A DNA stretch of 64,000 bases, from positions 1-64,000 of IMG/VR virus record IMGVR_UViG_3300044846_001842; one strand, 5' to 3'. Under the pieces are notes generated by a model. The model made no database searches. It saw nothing but the letters and a program-made list of their open reading frames with translations, and was not told the DNA's origin. The position numbers were made by a program, and so were the translations under genes. Positions 18,748 to 28,751 of the stretch are shown here, in pieces. Every line of letters begins with the position of its first letter. The first letter of the stretch is position 1. Source of the DNA: a virus.

Positions 18748-20538
18748 ATGGATAAGCAAATACTTGATAGAATCAAGAAATCAGAACAAAGAGTCGTAGA
18801 CTTGTATGCTAAAGTCAAAGACTTAAATACTACCGTATATGGTGGTGGAGGCACTCAAGGTCTTAAAGAACAGTATACTATTCTTCAGATAGATCCTGAT
18901 AATGATACAGATGCAAATAGAGGTAAAGCTTTAAAAGATTTGTATCAAAAAATAAAAGATAGAAATGAAAATAGTAGTTCTTGGATACATACTATTTTAG
19001 TTCCTCCTGGAGATTATTATTTCCAAGATGGAGAACCTCTTGTATTAGATTATGAAGGTATTAATGTAGTGTCTTTAACAGGAGAACCTGATGTATTTAT
19101 ATCAGTTAGATATGATAGTCAACCTTTTGCTATTAATGAACTTATTTACAGTGGAGCTGAAACTGCTGAAGAATTTCTTGATACTTTTAATTTTTCTGAA
19201 ACTGTTGGAAATAATGTATATGGAAGTAACTATGGAGTAGATTCTCAAGGTGTATTTTTTAATGATGTAGATCAAGGAGATGAAGATGGAGAATCTTATC
19301 CTATAAGATTTGGACTTGTAAATACTAATGTTAATGATTATCTTAATTATAATATTTCTTTTATACAAGAAGATAATTGTTCTGATTTAGGTTTTGCTAT
19401 ATGGCAAGAAGGAAGTACTCCTCAATGGAATTGGGGAGAAGATCATTTTGGTACTTTATTTAAAGTTCAAATAAATTGTGAAGATACTATAGAAATTGTA
19501 GGATTTAGTAGTTACGATGAATTAACTATTCCTGGAGGTTTAACTATAGGTCATACTTATATGCTTATAATTAATATGGAACCTAGTTCTGGATTTCTTT
19601 TTGTAGGTTTATATGATCAAACTACAGGTTCTTGGGTAGTAAGTGACAATTATAGTCCAAGGTATGCTATTCCTACAGGATATAATATTATTGCAGGAAT
19701 AGCTGCTGATTCTGATGAGGGAAGTACTATTCATATAACTTATCTAAATGGACCAAATGATGTATATACAACATATACTCCTTGTCTTTCTGTAGAGACT
19801 AGTAATGTAACAGTAAGAGGTATAGTAGGAAAAAGAGACTCTTCTAGTAATTGGGGTAGTTGGTCTGAACTTGATTATGATTATAATCTTCCAATTTTTG
19901 TAGATGAAGGTTTGGCTAATGTAGTTATTGAGAATTGTATTGGAGGTCCTTTCTCTTTTGGAGCAGACCCTGAATTTAATGGAAATGGACAATATAATAG
20001 TACCTACACATTTAAAAACTGTAGAGCACCTCAAGGATATTCTTTTGGTTATGGAGTAGAAGATTATGAAGTTACTGCTATAGGTTGTAATAGTCTCAAT
20101 TATTATGGAAGCTATTCTCCTCGTTGTTTTGATGTAGATGATGAATTATATGTTACTGTTATTGATTGTCATTTTGGAGATTACTCTTTTAGAGGTTATG
20201 AAATAGATATAACTGTAAAAGACACTGAAGTTGGATCTAGTTGTTTTGGAGCAGATGGTTATTTTGAAGGAAATTTTGAAAATGTTACAACTGGAGAAGA
20301 TTGTTTTAATAATGGGAATGGTAGTATTTATGGAATTTATAGAAACTGTAAAGTAGGTACTTATTGTTTTAGTTCTTATGATAGTATTTATGCTGACTTT
20401 TATAATTGTTATTTTATAGATGCAAGTAATTTAGATCAATCTAATGCTACTTGTCACTTTTGTATAAATGACGATTATTTAGAAAATGGAACAGCTACAG
20501 TTGGCTATGCTAGTTACAATGTAAACATAAATGATTAA
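18748..20538 (+). CDS. Tail spike / receptor-binding protein with beta-helix
   Basis: ILVPPGDYYF beta-helix start, VVIENC/FKNC/YRNC..SFG repeats, lectin-like insert. Confidence 0.65.
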   Translation: MDKQILDRIKKSEQRVVDLYAKVKDLNTTVYGGGGTQGLKEQYTILQIDPDNDTDANRGKALKDLYQKIKDRNENSSSWIHTILVPPGDYYFQDGEPLVLDYEGINVVSLTGEPDVFISVRYDSQPFAINELIYSGAETAEEFLDTFNFSETVGNNVYGSNYGVDSQGVFFNDVDQGDEDGESYPIRFGLVNTNVNDYLNYNISFIQEDNCSDLGFAIWQEGSTPQWNWGEDHFGTLFKVQINCEDTIEIVGFSSYDELTIPGGLTIGHTYMLIINMEPSSGFLFVGLYDQTTGSWVVSDNYSPRYAIPTGYNIIAGIAADSDEGSTIHITYLNGPNDVYTTYTPCLSVETSNVTVRGIVGKRDSSSNWGSWSELDYDYNLPIFVDEGLANVVIENCIGGPFSFGADPEFNGNGQYNSTYTFKNCRAPQGYSFGYGVEDYEVTAIGCNSLNYYGSYSPRCFDVDDELYVTVIDCHFGDYSFRGYEIDITVKDTEVGSSCFGADGYFEGNFENVTTGEDCFNNGNGSIYGIYRNCKVGTYCFSSYDSIYADFYNCYFIDASNLDQSNATCHFCINDDYLENGTATVGYASYNVNIND

Positions 20539-20561
20539 TTTAATTTTAAAAATAAATAAAA

Positions 20562-20909
20562 ATGAAACTATTTAACTTAAACTCAGAAGGTAATTGGATG
20601 GCACAAGTTGCTTATAGTGACTTAGGTTTTACTACTGAACAAAAAGAATTATTAAGATCTGAAAAAGAAGAGGATGCTACAGCAAAAGCTGAACTAGTAG
20701 CTTATTGGAGAACTATTAAAGAAGTTGCAGCTACTGCAGAAGAGGTAACTCTTTTATCTACTTTCTTAGATACTAAAAAACCTACTTTAAAACCTGAAGA
20801 AACTCTTACTATAGTAAATGCTATTGTATTTGTTAAAGATGGAGTTCCTAACAAAGGTCAAATTTCTTTTAAAATTAATGAAGGAAAAATAAAACACACT
20901 AGATTTTAG
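20562..20909 (+). CDS. Hypothetical protein (possible spike partner or chaperone)
   Basis: 115-aa ORF directly after the spike gene and before a terminator. Confidence 0.4.
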   Translation: MKLFNLNSEGNWMAQVAYSDLGFTTEQKELLRSEKEEDATAKAELVAYWRTIKEVAATAEEVTLLSTFLDTKKPTLKPEETLTIVNAIVFVKDGVPNKGQISFKINEGKIKHTRF

Positions 20910-20924
20910 TCTAGTGTGTTTTTT
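20891..20924 (+). terminator. Rho-independent terminator
   Basis: AAAACACACTAGA-TTTTAG-TCTAGTGTGTTTT hairpin plus T tract, overlapping the stop codon. Confidence 0.8.
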
Positions 20925-20944
20925 CCTTTAGTAAACAGATAGAT

Positions 20945-21286
20945 ATGTCTATATACCTTGTAGTGAATTTCTTAAAGAAACAATGGCTTGGTTCTATATT
21001 AATCATTATTTTTGTATTGGTATTACTTTATGGTAATATCAAGAAAGAAGAAATGCTAAAAGAAAAACAACGTCTTGAAGCAGAGATTAAAGTCTTAGAA
21101 CAAAAAGAAAAGTTTCATTGGAGTAAACTTGATAGTTTAAAAATCAGTGAAACTACCATTAATAATAAAGAAAAAATACTAATACAAATACAACATGATA
21201 CAGTTAAGGTTATTGATTCTATGTCTATTAGTGAGCTTCAAGGGTATTTCTCAAACAGATACCATAAAGAAGATAGTCTTAGATGA
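20945..21286 (+). CDS. Inner-membrane-anchored coiled-coil protein (i-spanin-like)
   Basis: N-terminal TM (WLGSILIIIFVLVLLYG) followed by a coiled coil; overlaps the next gene. Confidence 0.55.
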   Translation: MSIYLVVNFLKKQWLGSILIIIFVLVLLYGNIKKEEMLKEKQRLEAEIKVLEQKEKFHWSKLDSLKISETTINNKEKILIQIQHDTVKVIDSMSISELQGYFSNRYHKEDSLR

Positions 21287-21662
21287 GAAAGTAGCTAGAG
21301 AAGTTGTTAAAGACCTTGTCAAAGGGGATATATGTAAACAACTACTTTCTGTTAAAGATGAAAGAATCCTTAATCTTAAAAGTCAAATATCTGAGTTGAG
21401 AAGTCTTTTATCTATAAAAGATAGTATCATAGTAAACAAGGATAGGATAATTGAAATACAAGATGATGTTATAGGGTGGTGGAAGAAACCTGAGTTACAT
21501 GGTTACATGGGAATGCAGTCTATTCAGTTTACAGCTACAAACCCTATTATCTATGGTAGAGTATTTCTAGAATATCCAAAGGTTAAAGTTGGTGTACAAG
21601 GATTTGTACAACCTAATAATCCTGCAGGATACAATGTTATTGTAGAATATAAATTGTTTTAA
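21195..21662 (+). CDS. Secreted coiled-coil protein with C-terminal beta strands (o-spanin-like partner)
   Basis: Signal peptide ..KGIS|Q, coiled coil, C-terminal VEYKLF; start embedded in the upstream gene. Confidence 0.45.
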   Translation: MIQLRLLILCLLVSFKGISQTDTIKKIVLDEKVAREVVKDLVKGDICKQLLSVKDERILNLKSQISELRSLLSIKDSIIVNKDRIIEIQDDVIGWWKKPELHGYMGMQSIQFTATNPIIYGRVFLEYPKVKVGVQGFVQPNNPAGYNVIVEYKLF

Positions 21663-21663
21663 T

Positions 21664-21930
21664 ATGTCAGAAATTATGAATGCAAGAGTAGAAGGTAAAA
21701 AGGAATTTACCCTACCAGAAGGAGCTACAATTATAAAAAAGAGTACAAATATTACTGTTAGAGAGATTGAAAATGGATTTGTAATTTGTAAAAATTATGA
21801 TATTCAATGGTCTCCTAAAGGAAGTGATGATACTAAGTATGATTATATTTGTAAAGAGTGGTTCCAAAAAGAAAATCCAGTAAAAATTAATATGCCTAAA
21901 GAAAAATCTTTAGCAGATAAATTAGACTAA
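21664..21930 (+). CDS. Hypothetical protein
   Basis: 88-aa ORF, tightly packed with neighbours. Confidence 0.5.
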   Translation: MSEIMNARVEGKKEFTLPEGATIIKKSTNITVREIENGFVICKNYDIQWSPKGSDDTKYDYICKEWFQKENPVKINMPKEKSLADKLD

Positions 21931-21933
21931 TTT

Positions 21934-22161
21934 ATGAAATTACCTTTGATTCCTTTAGACAAAGCAAATCATATCATATATGGAATTGCAATATACATTT
22001 TAGCTAACCTACTATTAATAGAGATGTTAGCTTTTCTTGTTGTTATGTTATTTGGAATAGCAAAAGAATTATATGACTTTAAGAGTTATGGCAAGTTTGA
22101 CATACTTGATTTGCTAGCTACAATTAGTGGAGCAGCAATACTAACAATAATATACAGATAA
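21934..22161 (+). CDS. Small membrane protein (VanZ-like DKxxH motif)
   Basis: DKANH..KELYD..DILDLLAT..G pattern with three hydrophobic helices. Confidence 0.55.
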   Translation: MKLPLIPLDKANHIIYGIAIYILANLLLIEMLAFLVVMLFGIAKELYDFKSYGKFDILDLLATISGAAILTIIYR

Positions 22162-22162
22162 A

Positions 22163-23191
22163 ATGAATCAGAGATTTCAATATGTAACAGTAGATACAAT
22201 CCTATCTAAGTATCTAAGAGACTTCAGAGGTAATGAACTTAATGAAGATGATGCTATTGAATGGATAGGAGAAGCATTAGGACACATGAAGATGGCTACT
22301 GTAACAGAGGAAGCCATTGCTTTTTTAGAGGTAAAAAACTATCAAGCAACTTTGCCTAATGGATTACAATATATAATTCAGGTAGCAAAGAATAATGCTT
22401 GGACTCCTACAGAAGTTAAAGTCTGTACTCCTGAAGCTATTATTACAGAGTTAACTTCTGAAACTCCAGAATCAAATTGTGGCTGTAGTGCTTGTTGTAG
22501 CACTCCTGCAAATGATATGGTACTTCTTGATTGTCAAGGAGAGTTGATAGCTGAACCTGAAGTTGGTTATTACAGACCTTACTTTGACCTTCAATATGAA
22601 TACTTAGGTTGGGTTCATTCTAAATCTTTTAGAACTAAATTTACTCCAGTTAGACTAGCTAACCACACTTTCTTTAATACTTTAGTATGTCAGAATACTG
22701 CTGGAGATGGACTATATAATAATAGTAACTATTTAGCTGATGAATACACTATTATTGAAGACCAACTTAGATTTAGTTTCAAAGAAGGTCTTGTAGCTGT
22801 AGCATATCTTAGAACTAAAGTAGACACTGCTACAGGTTATCCTATGGTTCCTGATGATGAGTCAGCTAAAGCAGCTATTACTTACTACTTAGGTTGGAAA
22901 GTAAAAGAAAGAGAAGCTTGGAACCACAGAGAAGGTTCTATGCAGATTGCTCAAGTAGCAGAAGCAAGATGGTTAAAATACATCAAACAGTTTAAGAACA
23001 AAGCTAAGATGCCTTGGGGAACTGATGACTATGAAGACCTCATGGAACAATCAAATTACTTATTACCAAGAAACAAAAGATACTATGGCTTCTTTGGTAA
23101 ATTAGGAAAAGCTGAAGATAGAATCTTTAATGATCCTAACTTTACAAACAAATACAGATACACATCAGGTAACTCAGCTTATATGAGATAA
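22163..23191 (+). CDS. Tail ring/tubular structural protein
   Basis: IEWIGEAL, GYPMVPDD..AITYYL motifs; directly precedes the muzzle gene. Confidence 0.65.
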   Translation: MNQRFQYVTVDTILSKYLRDFRGNELNEDDAIEWIGEALGHMKMATVTEEAIAFLEVKNYQATLPNGLQYIIQVAKNNAWTPTEVKVCTPEAIITELTSETPESNCGCSACCSTPANDMVLLDCQGELIAEPEVGYYRPYFDLQYEYLGWVHSKSFRTKFTPVRLANHTFFNTLVCQNTAGDGLYNNSNYLADEYTIIEDQLRFSFKEGLVAVAYLRTKVDTATGYPMVPDDESAKAAITYYLGWKVKEREAWNHREGSMQIAQVAEARWLKYIKQFKNKAKMPWGTDDYEDLMEQSNYLLPRNKRYYGFFGKLGKAEDRIFNDPNFTNKYRYTSGNSAYMR

Positions 23192-23193
23192 TT

Positions 23194-26100
23194 ATGGCTC
23201 AAGATCAAGAACAAAGACAAGAACAGAATTCTGTTAATACTTTAGGAGGATTGAATACAGACTCCTCTTTAGTTAATCAACCTCAAGGTACTACAAGATT
23301 TGTAATGACTGGAGTAGATGAAACTAAAGAAGGAGATTTAGGTTTTATATCTAATGAGGAATCCAACTTAGAATGTTATGAGCTCCCTATAGGTTATATT
23401 CCCATAGGTCAAGTTTATATAGGGGATGAAACTAACTTATTATTTTTAGTAAATAGAGCAGGAGATTCACTCTTAGCTACTATAGATAAAGAGTGTAATT
23501 TAACTGTTGTACTTTCTGATGCAGACCAAACAGAGAAATTTGGTTTCACAGTAGATAATCAAATTGATGCTACTTTTAGATTAAGAAGAGGTTGTGAAAG
23601 AACTGTGTATTGGGTAGACCCAAAACCTAGATTATTTGTTATTGATAAACCTGAAGAGTTTCAAGATACTGTTACAGGAGATTGGGACATTGCTAAGTTT
23701 AATCTTTTTAGAACTTATAAATCAATTCCTGTAGTAACTGATATTGAAGTTGTAGATGGAGGAGGACAACTTGCTCCTGGTAGTTATAACTTTTCTATTA
23801 GATATTTAGACCAAGATTTTAATCCTACAGAATTTATTACAAGTACTGAAACTATAATGATTTATAATACTTCTGTAATTCAAAATTATAGAGATATTAG
23901 AGGGGCTACTAAAGAAGTTAATCAGTCTTATTTAAATTTTACAGATAGTAATAAGTCTATTAAAATTAGTATAGACCCTGCTTCTTTAGATACTAGTTTT
24001 CCTTTTTATCAGTTTGCTATTACAGAAGCTAATACTGGAAATGGATTAATAAGTGATACAAAATACACACAAGAGATTTCTACAAGAGATAGTATCTTTT
24101 ATTATACAGGAATTAATTTTGAGACTCAAGGTTCTCAAGAAGAGATTACTGCTTACAATCAAATTATAGAAAAAGCTCAGAGTATTGAGCAAATTGAAAA
24201 TAGATTAATACTTGGTGATGTTGAAGGAAAACAAGTTAATTTTTGTAGACTTCAAAAATATGCAAGTCAAATTTCTGCTGACCTTGTAACTAAAGAAATG
24301 TTCTTGAGTAATATTCCTTTAGATGAAGGTAATCCTAAAGACCCTGCTGCACACTTTAATGGCATAGGTTACATGCCAGGAGAAATTTATTCTTTTGGTA
24401 TTGTATATATTTTTGAAGACAATAGTCTTTCTCCTGTATTTCATATCCCAGGTAAAGGGCCTACAGTATCTCCTTCTTCAATTTATGTTACAGGTGTACC
24501 TAATGTGTATGGAATGGAAAGAGGACTAGGAAATGAAAGTAACTCTTCTTTAGATAATTCATACATAGATAATAATACTTGTGGTTCAGATTCATATTGG
24601 GGTTATGATTGTGAAGGATTGCCTTTAAAAGATCAGCCTGTAAGACATCATAGATTTCCTGTGAGAAATAAATATGGACTAAGATTTGTAGAAGAGCTTA
24701 CAGGAGATGATATAGAAAATGAATTAAAAAGTTTATCTGTAACAATTACAGGAACAGATATTACTGTACCTTCATACTGTGCTCCTGAAGGGGAGCAATA
24801 CTATAGTTCAACTTGTATACCTACTTTTGTAGATTCTATTAGTTTTGATATTACTTATACTGATGGTCAAACTCAACACTATATAGAAGCAGTAGACTTA
24901 GATAACTTTGCAACAGTTGAAGGCAGTGGGCCTAATGAATCTAATGTATATTTTTCTTACAATTCTTCTCCTATTACTTCTAGTGTTTTTGAATTGATAA
25001 GTATTAAAGAAACAGTAGGAAACACTGAAAATACTTTGACATTTTCAGTTTCTCTTTCTTTAGGTATGAATGTTTATACAGCAGTCTCACCTCACTCAGG
25101 TTTAACTTATCAAGTTAGAGTTAATGTAAGTTCTTTTGTTACAACTGAAAAACAATATGTAACAGATTTATATGGTATTAAGTTTTCTAACATTAAGAAA
25201 CCAAGTTTATCAGATACTAATGGTCAAAGTATAATTGGATACTACATTGTAAGAAATGAAAGAACAGAACAAGAAAGAACTATTTTAGATAGTGCTTTAT
25301 TGGCTCCTACTGTAAAACATAAGAACTATGTTTCTCAAGGTTTTATTTATCCTGAATTTACAGCTTTACCTAGTGGAGCTCCTGATCCAAAACAAGGTAC
25401 TTTTAAAAGAGATATCTATGGTCTTATTTATCCTGAGCATAAGTTTAATAATAAAGTTTATTCTAACTTTACTACTCTACTTCAACAAGGAGAATTTGAA
25501 ACTATAAACACAATTAAAAGTTTTTCTAAAATAAATGATGTTGCAGATGGAACAAGTTACATAGGTAACAGACATAAGAGTAATGAAAGAGATAATGATG
25601 GTTGGACACTAGATATTAAAACTAGAGATAGTCATACTAAATACAATGAAAAAGATGATATTAACATTGACTATACTCAAGATGTAAATGATGTTTTTTA
25701 TTTAAATGCTTTAGCAGATAAAGCAATACAAGATAGTGCAGGAGTATTTCAAAATGTTTTTAATCTTGCTGCAGATAATAAAGTAGGAATAATAACTCTT
25801 AAAGAAAACTTGACTGTTGCTCCTAATAAAATTCCTTATGTTTATATCTATAAAGAAAATCTAAATCCTTATTCTAACTTTAGGTTAGACCCTTATTACA
25901 AAGAAAGTAAAAATCCTCATTATTTTACTTCAGGCATATTACCTGAGACTTGTGATATATTTAATGGAGATTCTTATATTAATCCTATTAGATATACTAA
26001 TAGTTTGTTCTATATGAACAGACTTAGAAAGAGAGCAGGACAAACTAATGCTTGGAATTATATTGCAGCTGCAGCTTTAGTTATTGTTGCTGCAGCATTA

Positions 26101-28689
26101 ATATTTATTCCTGGGGTAGGTATAGCAGGTTCTATAGCTTTAGGTACTTTAGCTGCAAGTCTTGTAGGAGTAGCTACTGCTTTAGTTCTTTCTGGTATTG
26201 AACAAAATGCTTGGGCTAAGGCTTATGGTAGATTGTACAATGAAGGCTTAAGAGAAACTGTTACAGACAGTTTCATACTGTATGACAAAGATACAGTTTC
26301 AGGGCATGAAAGAGGATTCTATAAAAATCCTGAAGATGATGATTTACAATGGTTAGGAGAATGTGGTAACTTTTGGTTTGAGTCTTCGGTAAATATGGGA
26401 TTAAGACATGGAGCATCAGATAATACTCCTGATTTTTTAAATGCTCCTGGAGCTGGAGAACCTGGTACTAGTCTAGTAGAATGGGAATGGGAGAATTATG
26501 GAATTAGATCTGTAGGTTCAGGAACAAAAGATGTATTACCTACAAATACTTTAGATACACACATGGTTGAAAAACTTTCTAGCTTTGACATAGAGAGAGA
26601 AAGTTTGAGAAGTTATTTAGGTATACCTGCTGCAGAAATGTATCTTTTAAATCCTGATTACACTAGAAGAAACAAACAAAAGTCTTTTTTCCATTTAGGA
26701 TTAGAATATGATTGTTGTACAGATTGTGTTGAAAGTTTTCCTCATAGATTTCACTGGTCAGAACAAGCTTTTCAAGAAGAGCTTACTGATAACTTTAGAA
26801 TGTTTTTACCTAATAACTACAAAGACCTTGAAGGAGAAACAGGAAGAATCACAGACATATTTAGAATTCAGAATGCTCTTTATGTACACACTGAAGAAGG
26901 TTTGTGGCAATGCCCTCAAACTTTTCAAGAAAGGGTAACTTCTGATATTATTTCCTTTATAGGTACAGGAGAATATTTCTCTGTTCCTCCTAGAAAGATT
27001 GTAGATGATAATAACTCTTCTGCAGGTAATAAACATAAATGGGCTAGACTTAAAACTAAGTATGGAATTTTATTTCCTTCTTACAAAGAAAAGAAATGGT
27101 ATTTATTTGATGGTCAGCAGTTAAATCCTATTTCTGATAGAGGAAACTATTCTTGGTTTTTACAAAATATGGATTTTAAAATCTTAGATCAATACTATAG
27201 TGCTAACCTTAAAGAGTATCCTTTTAATAACAATCCTTCTAATCACATAGGTATAGGTTATTTATCTACTTATGATACTGCTAAAGAAAGATTAATTATT
27301 ACTAAAAAAGATTTTGAGATAACTAATCTTCCTACTTCAGATTTTGAAATTTGTAGTGATGGGAGTACTGTTACTATCTTTAATGATATTAGTCAAACTA
27401 TAGCTGACAGAGTAGATGATGGTTGGACTTATGTGGGAATAGAAGATTGTAGACTTAAGTTTATTAAACCTACTTCTTCTATCCAAGAAGTTGAAAGAGA
27501 AGTAGTTGTTTATGTTGAACCAACAGTTACTACAAGTTACTTAGATTCTGAATGTGATAATGTAATTTCTATAACTATTCCTTTTTCAGTAGAGTTTCCT
27601 TTACTTTATCCAGTTGTTTCTGCTGGTGTACAAATAACAAATTGTAGAAATGAAATAGAATTTACATCTCAATACTTTTTTGTAACTCCAGAGTCTAATT
27701 CATTTGTTTTAACTCTTTATGTAAATGATTGTGTTAATTTAGGAGAAGATAATGCTAATGTAATAAGTGGTCTTAGTTATAGTACAGGAGTTACACAGGA
27801 TGGTCCCATAGTAATTACTTACTATGATGTAACTTGTGATCTTATCCCAGTTCTTACTAATGTTCCTGGGTATTACACTTTGTCTACTATAACAGTAGAG
27901 GTTGAAGTATTTGAAGACCTTGTAGAATATGAAGAAGGAGAAGAGTTTTCTTTTAACTCTGAAAATGTAATTGACCACAGTTGGACTATGTCTTATTCTC
28001 TTAAAAGACAAGAATGGAGAAGTTGGCATCCTTACCTTCCTCATTTTTACTTACAAGTACAAAACAGATTCTATTCTTGGAAAAATGGATTGACTCATTT
28101 ATATAAACATAACATTGAAGGTAGTTATCAAACTTTTTATAATATTCGTTATCCTTTTATTGTAGAGTTTGTAGATAATCCTAATCCTTTACTTAATAAA
28201 GTATGGAATAGTGTATTGTTCCAAAGTGAGGCTAAAAGATTTGACAGTTCAGAACAAGAATATTTTGATGTTAAAGATGTTACTTTTAATAAAGCCATTC
28301 TTTATAATACCCATCAAACTACAGGAATGATAGACTTAACTCTTAAAGCAAACTCAAGTGTAAACTATTTAATGGATCAGACTAAGAACAGTGTTACAGG
28401 TTCTGTACCTTTAGATAGAAATGAAAGAGATTGGACTTTTAATGCTTTCAGAGATTTAAGAGATAACTATAATGTACCTATGTTTATTAAAGATCCTACT
28501 CAATTACAGAGTAATTATTACATAGATAAGATTGTAAATCCTGCTGCCATAGACCTTAATAAAGACTGGGCTGAACAAGAGAGTTTCAGAGATAAGTTTT
28601 TGGTTGTAAGGTTAATATTTGATACATTTGCTGATAAAAAACTTACTTTTAATTTTTCAGCTCTTGATAAAAACATATCTGAAAGATAA
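23194..28689 (+). CDS. Tail muzzle/stabilisation protein (P22 gp10-like)
   Basis: 1831 aa; GLNTD, GYMPGEIYSFGIVY, HRFHWS..DNFRMF..NYKDL..TGRIT, WTMSYS..WRSWHPY and FRDKFLVVRL motifs. Confidence 0.8.
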   Translation: MAQDQEQRQEQNSVNTLGGLNTDSSLVNQPQGTTRFVMTGVDETKEGDLGFISNEESNLECYELPIGYIPIGQVYIGDETNLLFLVNRAGDSLLATIDKECNLTVVLSDADQTEKFGFTVDNQIDATFRLRRGCERTVYWVDPKPRLFVIDKPEEFQDTVTGDWDIAKFNLFRTYKSIPVVTDIEVVDGGGQLAPGSYNFSIRYLDQDFNPTEFITSTETIMIYNTSVIQNYRDIRGATKEVNQSYLNFTDSNKSIKISIDPASLDTSFPFYQFAITEANTGNGLISDTKYTQEISTRDSIFYYTGINFETQGSQEEITAYNQIIEKAQSIEQIENRLILGDVEGKQVNFCRLQKYASQISADLVTKEMFLSNIPLDEGNPKDPAAHFNGIGYMPGEIYSFGIVYIFEDNSLSPVFHIPGKGPTVSPSSIYVTGVPNVYGMERGLGNESNSSLDNSYIDNNTCGSDSYWGYDCEGLPLKDQPVRHHRFPVRNKYGLRFVEELTGDDIENELKSLSVTITGTDITVPSYCAPEGEQYYSSTCIPTFVDSISFDITYTDGQTQHYIEAVDLDNFATVEGSGPNESNVYFSYNSSPITSSVFELISIKETVGNTENTLTFSVSLSLGMNVYTAVSPHSGLTYQVRVNVSSFVTTEKQYVTDLYGIKFSNIKKPSLSDTNGQSIIGYYIVRNERTEQERTILDSALLAPTVKHKNYVSQGFIYPEFTALPSGAPDPKQGTFKRDIYGLIYPEHKFNNKVYSNFTTLLQQGEFETINTIKSFSKINDVADGTSYIGNRHKSNERDNDGWTLDIKTRDSHTKYNEKDDINIDYTQDVNDVFYLNALADKAIQDSAGVFQNVFNLAADNKVGIITLKENLTVAPNKIPYVYIYKENLNPYSNFRLDPYYKESKNPHYFTSGILPETCDIFNGDSYINPIRYTNSLFYMNRLRKRAGQTNAWNYIAAAALVIVAAALIFIPGVGIAGSIALGTLAASLVGVATALVLSGIEQNAWAKAYGRLYNEGLRETVTDSFILYDKDTVSGHERGFYKNPEDDDLQWLGECGNFWFESSVNMGLRHGASDNTPDFLNAPGAGEPGTSLVEWEWENYGIRSVGSGTKDVLPTNTLDTHMVEKLSSFDIERESLRSYLGIPAAEMYLLNPDYTRRNKQKSFFHLGLEYDCCTDCVESFPHRFHWSEQAFQEELTDNFRMFLPNNYKDLEGETGRITDIFRIQNALYVHTEEGLWQCPQTFQERVTSDIISFIGTGEYFSVPPRKIVDDNNSSAGNKHKWARLKTKYGILFPSYKEKKWYLFDGQQLNPISDRGNYSWFLQNMDFKILDQYYSANLKEYPFNNNPSNHIGIGYLSTYDTAKERLIITKKDFEITNLPTSDFEICSDGSTVTIFNDISQTIADRVDDGWTYVGIEDCRLKFIKPTSSIQEVEREVVVYVEPTVTTSYLDSECDNVISITIPFSVEFPLLYPVVSAGVQITNCRNEIEFTSQYFFVTPESNSFVLTLYVNDCVNLGEDNANVISGLSYSTGVTQDGPIVITYYDVTCDLIPVLTNVPGYYTLSTITVEVEVFEDLVEYEEGEEFSFNSENVIDHSWTMSYSLKRQEWRSWHPYLPHFYLQVQNRFYSWKNGLTHLYKHNIEGSYQTFYNIRYPFIVEFVDNPNPLLNKVWNSVLFQSEAKRFDSSEQEYFDVKDVTFNKAILYNTHQTTGMIDLTLKANSSVNYLMDQTKNSVTGSVPLDRNERDWTFNAFRDLRDNYNVPMFIKDPTQLQSNYYIDKIVNPAAIDLNKDWAEQESFRDKFLVVRLIFDTFADKKLTFNFSALDKNISER

Positions 28690-28751
28690 AGCTTAACCTT
28701 TAATAAACTAAAGTAAGACATTAAAATCTAAAAATTAATACAAAAGGAACT

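Noticed and set aside
12925-20538. Diversity-generating retroelement acting on fibre genes
   Set aside because: No reverse transcriptase and no template/variable repeat pair noticed in the window
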